64,000 bases of DNA from an uncultured Acidobacteriaceae bacterium (GTDB lineage: Bacteria > Acidobacteriota > Terriglobia > Bryobacterales > Bryobacteraceae): positions 44,564 through 108,563 of the forward strand of contig CAWEFG010000003.1 in assembly GCA_963808405.1 (NCBI GenBank), read 5' to 3'. This document shows, piece by piece, positions 57,666 to 64,000 of this stretch. The notes below the pieces were generated by a model. That model searched no databases, had not been told where the DNA came from, and was given only the letters and a program-made list of their open reading frames with translations. Both the position numbers and the translations under genes were made by a program. How positions within the stretch are numbered: position 1 is the first letter of the stretch; each line of letters begins with the position of its first letter.

Positions 57666-60665
57666 GTGCATTCCCCCTTTTCGACCCGTATCGCGGCGCT
57701 CGTCGCACTCACTGCCGCGTTCATCCTTCCAAGCGCCGCGCTCGATCCGAGCAAGACCTTGGGGCAATATGCTCACCGCATTTGGGGCCAGGAAGAAGGA
57801 TTGTTTCAACCAACCATCTATTCCATCCTGCAGAGTCGCGATGGATTTTTGTGGCTCGGAACGCAAGACAGCCTGATCCGGTTCGATGGAATGCACTTCC
57901 GCGAATTCGAGTATCGCGGCGAGCCGGTTTTTCACCACAGCCTCATTCGCGCGTTGCTCGAGGACCGGCACGGAGATCTTTGGGTCGGCTCCATCGGCAG
58001 CGGCGCCGCGAGAATTGCCCCGGACGGTGCGGTCACCCGCTACACAACCAAACAGGGTCTGCCAAGCGACAACGTCTTTTGTCTTGCATCGGATCCCCAG
58101 GATCGTGTATGGGTCTGCACCGATCGCGGGTTGGCTCGCTTAGATCGTTTGGGCATGAAGGTATTCACCTCCGCGGATGGTCTCCCCTCAAATCAAATTC
58201 GGTCCACTTGTGAAGCCTCCGATGGCACTCGGTGGGTCGCTGGATTGGACTTCGGTTTGAGCCGGTGGAATGGCTCGCGCTTTGAGACCTACTCCGATTC
58301 GCAGATTTCACCTCGTGAGAATGTCACCGCGCTCTCCTGCGCAAACGACGGAAGCGTTTGGGTCGGAAAGGATTCAGGACTCACCCAAGTCCGTAAAGGA
58401 TTCTCGCATTCTTTCTCGAAACGCGGCGGTCTACCCGATAATGCCGTTTCCTCTCTCGCCCAAGCGCCCGATGGAAGCCTTTGGATTGGCACAAACGACG
58501 GAATCAGCCGGTACACAAATGGCGAGATCAACGTTTATCGCACCCGTGATGGTCTTTCGCACAGTCTTGTCCTCTCGCTCTATATCGATCGCGAAGGAAG
58601 CCTCTGGGCCGGTACCAAGGACGGCCTCGATCAGTTCACAGACGGCAAAGTGACGCCCTACAGCACTGAAAACGGCATGCTGAGCAACGATGCCGGTCCG
58701 GTACTTGAGGATGCGGCCGGACATCTCTGGATCGGCACGCTCGGCCGCGGCTTGAATTGGTTCGACGGCCATCGTTTTCGTGCGCTGACCACCCGCGACG
58801 GATTAATCGATGACACCATCCTCAGCCTGGAAATGGATCGAGCCGGCGATCTTTGGGTAGGCACCACCAAGGGTTTGAACCGGTTGCGCGATCGGACCGT
58901 CGTTGCCGTCTACACGCGAAGCCAAGGTCTTTCCGGCGCGGAAGTGCGCGCGTTGTTTGTCGACCCTGAAGGAACGTTATGGGCCGGCACCAATAAAGGC
59001 TTGGACCGCTTTACGGGATCCCGCTTTGTCAATGGCGGCGTCATCCCCCGGCTTGGCGCAAATCCTGTAATAGCGCTTGCAGGTGGCCACATCGTGCGCC
59101 TTTTCGCCAGTACCGATGGGCCTAGCCTCTATTATTTGCGCGATAACGCATCGAACAGTTATCCGCTCGACGTCATTCATCCGGTCGACTGCTACTATCT
59201 CGATCACCTCCGGCACACCGCCTGGATGGGAACGCTTGGCTCCGGGCTTCTGCGATTCGAGAATGGAAAGGTCGTCCATGTCCGGGTCAAAGACGGCCTC
59301 TACGACAACCGGATCTACAGCATCCTGAAAGACGAAAGCGCTAACTTTTGGCTCGCATCCAGCAAGGGCATTTTCCGCGTTAGCCAGAAAGAACTGGACG
59401 ATTTCGCCGACGGTAAAACGCGAAATGTCACCAGCATCCCATTCAGCACCGGCCAGCTTCGATTCGAGTGCCGCGCCGGCGTGCAGCCTGCCGCGGCTCG
59501 CACTCGGGATGGCCGTCTCTGGTTCTCAACTAACAACGGGTTGGTTGTTGTCGATCCCAATCATTTGCTGAGCAATAAAGTCCCTCCGCCGGTTCACATT
59601 ACCGCAATTGTCATAAATGGCCAACGCGTTGACCCGCAGCAGAATCTGGAATTGAAGTCTTTTGAAAAGAACGTAGAGATCCGATATTCAGGTCTCAGCT
59701 TCATATCTCCGGAAAAAGTCGTTTTCCGCTACATGCTCGAAGGATTCGACAAGACCTGGACTGATGCGGGCGTCAGAAGAGAAGCGTTTTTTACTAATTT
59801 GCCCCCGCGCAAATTCCACTTTAGAGTGATGGCCCGGAACGCCGACGGAATCTGGAGTACCGAGCCGGCTTCTTTAGAGTTCACAATTCAGCCGCGGATT
59901 TACCAGCGCTCTTGGTTTTTTCCGGTGCTTGCAGTGCTATTCGGTCTGGCGATCACAGCCGGATATCGGGTGCGCATCCGCCGCTTAAAGAATAGGTTCG
60001 ATCTGGTTCTGGCCGAACGCAGCCGCATCGCGCGCGAGCTGCACGACACGCTTCTCCAGGGCTTAGCCGGCATCACCATGCAAATGCAAGCGCTCTGGAC
60101 CAGGCTGCCGCTTTCCAAGGAGAGGCAGGTCCTTGGCGACATTATCAAGGACGCAGGGGCATGCTCTACCGAAGCGCGCCGCTCGCTTTGGGGCTTGCGG
60201 GCTATTGACACCGAGTCCGCCGATTTCTCCGAAAAGCTCGCGAAACTCGCGCGCGAGGCGGTCGCCGGACGGCCGATCTCTCTTTCGCTTCACCTCGAAT
60301 CTGTTGCTCTCGGCATGTTTCCCGAAACCGAGTATCAGCTTCTGCGAATCGCTCAGGAATCGATCTCGAACGCCCTTACGCACGCGCACGGAACAAGCCT
60401 TCGGATTCATCTAGCGGTCGACAAACAGAAGCTCCAGTTGACAATTGAAGATGATGGAATCGGCTTCGCAGCCGATATGGAGCATCAACGATTGGGGCAC
60501 TTTGGACTGATAGGCATTCGCGAGCGAGCCGGCGAAATCGGCGCGCAGCTAACGCTTTCCAGCTCACCGGAGCTTGGCACCAAAGTTTCCATCTTTCTTC
60601 CTTTCAGCCGGCCCAACGCATCGGAAAGTAACCCCGAACGTTCTTTGGAGCATCAAATAAGGTAG
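57666..60665 (+). CDS. Sensor histidine kinase with periplasmic beta-propeller / Y_Y_Y domains (HisKA_3 + HATPase_c)
   Basis: 999 aa. Repeated propeller motifs (DGFLWLGT, GDLWVGS, DRVWVCT, GSLWIGT, GHLWIGT, GDLWVGT, GTLWAGT). TM helix WFFPVLAVLFGLAITAGY. H-box RIARELHDTLLQGL. ATP lid IEDDGIGF. Confidence 0.88.
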   Translation: MHSPFSTRIAALVALTAAFILPSAALDPSKTLGQYAHRIWGQEEGLFQPTIYSILQSRDGFLWLGTQDSLIRFDGMHFREFEYRGEPVFHHSLIRALLEDRHGDLWVGSIGSGAARIAPDGAVTRYTTKQGLPSDNVFCLASDPQDRVWVCTDRGLARLDRLGMKVFTSADGLPSNQIRSTCEASDGTRWVAGLDFGLSRWNGSRFETYSDSQISPRENVTALSCANDGSVWVGKDSGLTQVRKGFSHSFSKRGGLPDNAVSSLAQAPDGSLWIGTNDGISRYTNGEINVYRTRDGLSHSLVLSLYIDREGSLWAGTKDGLDQFTDGKVTPYSTENGMLSNDAGPVLEDAAGHLWIGTLGRGLNWFDGHRFRALTTRDGLIDDTILSLEMDRAGDLWVGTTKGLNRLRDRTVVAVYTRSQGLSGAEVRALFVDPEGTLWAGTNKGLDRFTGSRFVNGGVIPRLGANPVIALAGGHIVRLFASTDGPSLYYLRDNASNSYPLDVIHPVDCYYLDHLRHTAWMGTLGSGLLRFENGKVVHVRVKDGLYDNRIYSILKDESANFWLASSKGIFRVSQKELDDFADGKTRNVTSIPFSTGQLRFECRAGVQPAAARTRDGRLWFSTNNGLVVVDPNHLLSNKVPPPVHITAIVINGQRVDPQQNLELKSFEKNVEIRYSGLSFISPEKVVFRYMLEGFDKTWTDAGVRREAFFTNLPPRKFHFRVMARNADGIWSTEPASLEFTIQPRIYQRSWFFPVLAVLFGLAITAGYRVRIRRLKNRFDLVLAERSRIARELHDTLLQGLAGITMQMQALWTRLPLSKERQVLGDIIKDAGACSTEARRSLWGLRAIDTESADFSEKLAKLAREAVAGRPISLSLHLESVALGMFPETEYQLLRIAQESISNALTHAHGTSLRIHLAVDKQKLQLTIEDDGIGFAADMEHQRLGHFGLIGIRERAGEIGAQLTLSSSPELGTKVSIFLPFSRPNASESNPERSLEHQIR

Positions 60666-60673
60666 GAACGACT

Positions 60674-61339
60674 TTGAACTCTGACCGCAGGATTACCGTT
60701 CTATCGGTCGACGATCACGACCTGGTGCGCAAAGGCCTTGCCGCCATTCTCTCGACTGAGGCTGATCTTCAATTGGTCGCTGAAGCAAGTACCGGCCAAG
60801 ATGCCGTCATGCTCCATCGACAGCACCGCCCCGACGTTACCCTGATGGATTTACGGCTGCCGGATAAAAGCGGCATCGAGACTACGCGCGAGATTCGCAA
60901 TGAATACCCGGCGGCGAAGATCATTGCGCTCACATCCTATGATGGCGATCAAGACATCTATCGCGCTCTCGAAGCCGGCGTTCGCGGCTATCTGTTGAAG
61001 GAGATGGTGCATACGGAAGTAGTCCATGCCATTCGCATCGTGCACGCCGGCAAGCGATTTATACCGCTCGAGGTTTCTCAGCAGCTCAACGGCTTTTTCC
61101 CGGAAGTCGCTCTGACGCCCCGGGAGATTGAGGTCCTCAGCTTAGTCGCCCGCGGCTTCGGCAATAAAGAAGTGGGCGACGTGCTCGGCACTGCTCCCGG
61201 CACAGTTAAGGCCCATGTCCAAAGCATTTTGAGCAAGCTAGGCGCAAAAGACCGTACGCACGCGGTGACGATTGCGCTGCGCCGCGGAATTATCCATCTG
61301 CACTCGCCCGATTTAGCAGCTTCCATTCCAAATGGCTGA
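60674..61339 (+). CDS. NarL/FixJ-family response regulator (REC + LuxR HTH)
   Basis: TTG start. VLSVDDHDLVRKGL, VTLMDLRLPD (phospho-acceptor Asp), LTPREIEVLSLVARGFGNKEVGDVLGTAPGTVKAHVQSILSKLG. Confidence 0.9.
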   Translation: MNSDRRITVLSVDDHDLVRKGLAAILSTEADLQLVAEASTGQDAVMLHRQHRPDVTLMDLRLPDKSGIETTREIRNEYPAAKIIALTSYDGDQDIYRALEAGVRGYLLKEMVHTEVVHAIRIVHAGKRFIPLEVSQQLNGFFPEVALTPREIEVLSLVARGFGNKEVGDVLGTAPGTVKAHVQSILSKLGAKDRTHAVTIALRRGIIHLHSPDLAASIPNG

Positions 61340-61646
61340 ACAGCGAACGGGGCGCGACATCATCAAGCGCTTCCTCAAACGCGCCTTCATCATCCTCGTT
61401 CTCTCAGTCGCAGGCTTGTACGGCTGCGATTATCTGCTGCTGCGCCTGCGCATCGCGACGAATCATACGCCTTATGGAACGGTTAAAATACAGCCCTACT
61501 ACGCAGTGCCGCAGAAAGACGGCAAGACCCAATTTCTTTTCGACGACCCCCAGGACCAAACCTGCGTACACTCGCTGTTTCCGCACGTCGGCGACGATCC
61601 GTGCTGGTATCTCAGCGGAAAAAAGGAACAGCGAATCGACATGTGA
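61332..61646 (+). CDS. Hypothetical small membrane-anchored protein
   Basis: 104 aa. TM helix AFIILVLSVAGLYG. Start overlaps the response-regulator stop by 8 nt. Confidence 0.4.
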   Translation: MAEQRTGRDIIKRFLKRAFIILVLSVAGLYGCDYLLLRLRIATNHTPYGTVKIQPYYAVPQKDGKTQFLFDDPQDQTCVHSLFPHVGDDPCWYLSGKKEQRIDM

Positions 61647-61668
61647 GCGATGTTAGGATAAAGCTGCA

Positions 61669-62247
61669 ATGTCTTCAGTGACGGCGACATACCTGACTCC
61701 AGAGCAATATCTTGAGCAGGAACGTAAGGCCGAATTCAAAAGTGAATACTTCCGCGGCGAAGTATTCGCAATGGCGGGTACGAGCTTGAGGCATGCCTTT
61801 ATCGTCGCGAATTTGATCAGGGAGTTGAGCGAACGCCTGAGAGCTGGCCCATGCAATGTCTGTGCGAACGACGTGCGTTTGGGCGTAAGCCCGACAGGAC
61901 TTTATACTTATCCCGACCTAATGGTCCTGTGTGCTGAAGCGGCTTCTATCGATGAACACTTCGATACGATCACAAATCCCATCGTCATCATCGAAGTTCT
62001 ATCCGAATCCACCAAAAATTACGACAGAGGTCAAAAATTCCAAAGCTATCGCACGCTCCCTTCGCTCAAGGAATATTTGACAGTCGCCCAAGACGAGATT
62101 CACGTCGAGCAGTATACGCGCACTCCCGACGATCGCTGGCTGCTTACAGAATTCGACAATGTCGAAGCGATCGTCGCGCTTCAATCAATCGGCGTCGAGC
62201 TCCATATCTCCGACGTATACGAGAAAATCGATTTGCCGGCAAAGTAA
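61669..62247 (+). CDS. Uma2-family (DUF820) putative endonuclease
   Basis: 192 aa. TPEQYLEQERKAEFKSEYFRGEVFAMAG...YTYPDLMVLC...PIVIIEVLSEST matches the PD-(D/E)xK Uma2 pattern as I remember it. Confidence 0.75.
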   Translation: MSSVTATYLTPEQYLEQERKAEFKSEYFRGEVFAMAGTSLRHAFIVANLIRELSERLRAGPCNVCANDVRLGVSPTGLYTYPDLMVLCAEAASIDEHFDTITNPIVIIEVLSESTKNYDRGQKFQSYRTLPSLKEYLTVAQDEIHVEQYTRTPDDRWLLTEFDNVEAIVALQSIGVELHISDVYEKIDLPAK

Positions 62248-62958
62248 TTACCGTTGCGTCTGCAACAGATCTTCCGCCACCAGCGGCATGCCCGGCTCCA
62301 TGCGCGCGTTTGAATTTACGTTGTACCTCGCCCGGGAGGCGAATAGTTTTTCCACTTCCTCGCGCGGCAGCGGCCGCGCTCCGCCAAGCATCTCGGCCAC
62401 CAACGTGATTCTGGCAAAATGTTCTACCGTTTCCATCCGGAAAAATGCTTCCCAAACATCCCGCCCGTAACAAGTGCATCCGTGATTTTCAAGCAGCAGC
62501 GCATCGTAGTTTGGGATAAAAGGAAGCATCCCTTCGCTCAACGCCGGCGTCCCCGGCAAGCCATAAGAAGCTAACGGTACCGCGCCAAGCTGAATGATGA
62601 CTTCCGGCAGCAGCGCCTTATCCAGCGCGCGGCCTGCTGCGGCAAATCCCGTAGCTACCGGAGGATGCGCATGAACCACCGAGCGCACGTCCGGCCGAAG
62701 TGAATAAATAGTCACGTGCATGGCGATCTCGCTGGTACGTTCGCGATGTCCGTTCACCTTATTCCCGGCCATGTCACAGACGATCAGATCGTCCAGCTCC
62801 ACCATGCCTTTACTGATGGCAGTCGGCGTACACAGAATGCGCCGCTCGTCAAGCCGGATACTCACGTTGCCGTCGTTCGCCGCCACCCAGCCTTTCTCAT
62901 ACACCAGGCGGCAGACGCGAACCAGCTCTTCGCGATGTTCCTGCTCCGTCTTGCTCAT
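62248..62958 (-). CDS. Class II aldolase/adducin-domain protein (fuculose-phosphate-aldolase-like)
   Basis: 236 aa. GWVAANDGNVSIR, TSEIAMHVTIY, VVHAHPPVATGFA (zinc His residues). Confidence 0.8.
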   Translation of the reverse strand: MSKTEQEHREELVRVCRLVYEKGWVAANDGNVSIRLDERRILCTPTAISKGMVELDDLIVCDMAGNKVNGHRERTSEIAMHVTIYSLRPDVRSVVHAHPPVATGFAAAGRALDKALLPEVIIQLGAVPLASYGLPGTPALSEGMLPFIPNYDALLLENHGCTCYGRDVWEAFFRMETVEHFARITLVAEMLGGARPLPREEVEKLFASRARYNVNSNARMEPGMPLVAEDLLQTQR

Positions 62959-63011
62959 GCGATTCTCGATTTTAGCAGGCGAACGTTGCTGCGGCCGCTA
63001 CAATTAAGACC

Positions 63012-63857
63012 GTGGAAAAGCGGCGCATGTGCCCAAACTGCCGGGCCTTCATCACGGTCAAAGACCGTATCTGCCCATACTGCGGCGTACAGCTCGGCCC
63101 GCGCGCAATCGACATGCGGGCCAGTCAGTTTGCCGCTTCCTTTGTTCCGGGCGCAAATCTCACAAGCATCATCCTCCTGACCATTAATGTTGCGTTTTTT
63201 CTGGCCGAGGTAATTGTCAACTACCAATTCACTCGCGGCTCTTTGGCAAGCGGGTTAAGCACTCAGGTCCTTGTACTGTTCGGGGCCAAGTACGGCCCGT
63301 TCATTTCCGCCGGCCAATGGTGGCGGTTGATCACTGCCGGGTTTTTGCATGGCGGCTTCATACACATTGCCATGAACTCATGGGCCTTGTTCATTCTGGT
63401 CACGGAGGCGGAACAGTTCTATGGCACCAGCCGCGTAATCGTCGCTTACATATTCTCCACCTTCACCGGATTTCTGCTCAGCATGCTCTGGGCGCCCCGC
63501 ACTCCTTCGATCGGCGCATCCGCCGCGTGCTTCGGCCTCTTCGGCATTATGCTGGCCATGGGATTGAGACAGCGCGCCGATCCGCTTGCCCAAGCTGTGC
63601 GTGCCCACTACGGCCAATGGCTCGTCCTCGGCCTCGTAATGAGTATTTTGCCCGGCATCGATATGGCCGCCCACATTGGTGGTTTCGCCGGCGGCTTTTT
63701 CGTCGGCATAGTTGCTGGCTTGCCCGGTCTGCCCAACACGCCTCGCGAGCTTTTTTGGAAAGTGCTGGCGGGCCTTGCCGTCGCCATTACCGTCTATGCC
63801 TTCTGGCAGGATTTCCTCTCCTATCGCGCGCTCATAACCCAAATAAGTAACACTTGA
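63012..63857 (+). CDS. Rhomboid-family intramembrane serine protease with N-terminal zinc-ribbon
   Basis: CPNCRAFITVKDRICPYCG. WWRLITAGFLHGGFIHIAMN. GASAACFGLFG (catalytic Ser). AHIGGFAGG (catalytic His). Confidence 0.85.
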   Translation: MEKRRMCPNCRAFITVKDRICPYCGVQLGPRAIDMRASQFAASFVPGANLTSIILLTINVAFFLAEVIVNYQFTRGSLASGLSTQVLVLFGAKYGPFISAGQWWRLITAGFLHGGFIHIAMNSWALFILVTEAEQFYGTSRVIVAYIFSTFTGFLLSMLWAPRTPSIGASAACFGLFGIMLAMGLRQRADPLAQAVRAHYGQWLVLGLVMSILPGIDMAAHIGGFAGGFFVGIVAGLPGLPNTPRELFWKVLAGLAVAITVYAFWQDFLSYRALITQISNT

Positions 63858-63890
63858 GCGCTGCCAGACGTCTAGTTCATCACAATCACA

Positions 63891-64000
63891 TTGGCACAAC
63901 CGATCCTGCTTCGCGGGGCCAAGCAAGTGCTCACATTGCGCGGTCCAAGTGGTGTGCGGCGCGGCTCAGCCCTCCACGATTTAGGAATCATTGAAGACGG
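63891..64000 (+). CDS. Amidohydrolase (imidazolonepropionase-like), 3'-partial; N-terminus only
   Basis: Frame opened by TTG 63891 after an in-frame TAG at 63873. My translation is LAQPILLRGAKQVLTLRGPSGVRRGSALHDLGIIEDG, which resembles the N-termini of HutI-like amidohydrolases. The gene runs off the window. Confidence 0.4.
   Translation, partial: MAQPILLRGAKQVLTLRGPSGVRRGSALHDLGIIED

Overview
High-GC bacterial chromosomal window (roughly 58-60% G+C by eye, not computed). The gene content looks like Acidobacteriota: a TonB-dependent receptor with a carboxypeptidase-regulatory-like N-terminus, an orphan MacB-type permease, a large BNR/sortilin-like propeller protein, and many TPR and amidohydrolase proteins. 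This taxonomic call is inference only.

I can support about 60 protein-coding genes, two tRNAs (Leu-GAG directly after secG, and Phe-GAA), one 5'-truncated IS3 transposase remnant and one ParE-type toxin/antitoxin pair. There is no rRNA and no CRISPR array.

Main blocks:
- 1.5-7.3 kb: operon of OM barrel, ECF sigma, anti-sigma and TonB-dependent-receptor-like gene.
- 7.3-9.0 kb: HMG-CoA lyase and enoyl-CoA hydratase.
- 9.2-11.4 kb: stress-type genes (DUF892, PRTase-hydrolase fusion).
- 15.7-18.3 kb: envelope redox and folding genes (DsbD-N-like, TlpA, parvulin).
- 24.8-26.2 kb: cell-wall enzymes (L,D-transpeptidase, M23).
- 26.4-29.7 kb: lower-GC islet at tRNA-Phe carrying the ParE pair, orphan ORFs and Ku.
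- 38.4-40.2 kb: rsmG and ychF.
- 47.3-57.5 kb: tightly coupled efflux operon (adaptor, RND, RND, STAS-like, OM factor, DinB, small ORF).
- 57.7-61.3 kb: divergent propeller histidine kinase and NarL-type regulator.

Most notable observations:
1. A ~4.3 kb block (about 41.9-46.3 kb) where four consecutive minus-strand genes are shredded by more than 20 one-nucleotide indels. The genes are an ABC ATPase, the ABC-2 permease part of a permease-amidohydrolase fusion, lysA, and a GAF-GAF-SpoIIE phosphatase. Conserved motifs remain intact and the flanks are clean, so this is either an assembly-quality patch or very recent localized decay.
2. The ABC-2 permease / extra TM helix / amidohydrolase fusion itself.
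3. The unusual accessory genes (STAS-like, DinB, small ORF) welded into the tandem-RND efflux operon.

I did not find a convincing new multi-gene system such as a defence island. The candidates above are flagged with moderate interest and explicit tests.
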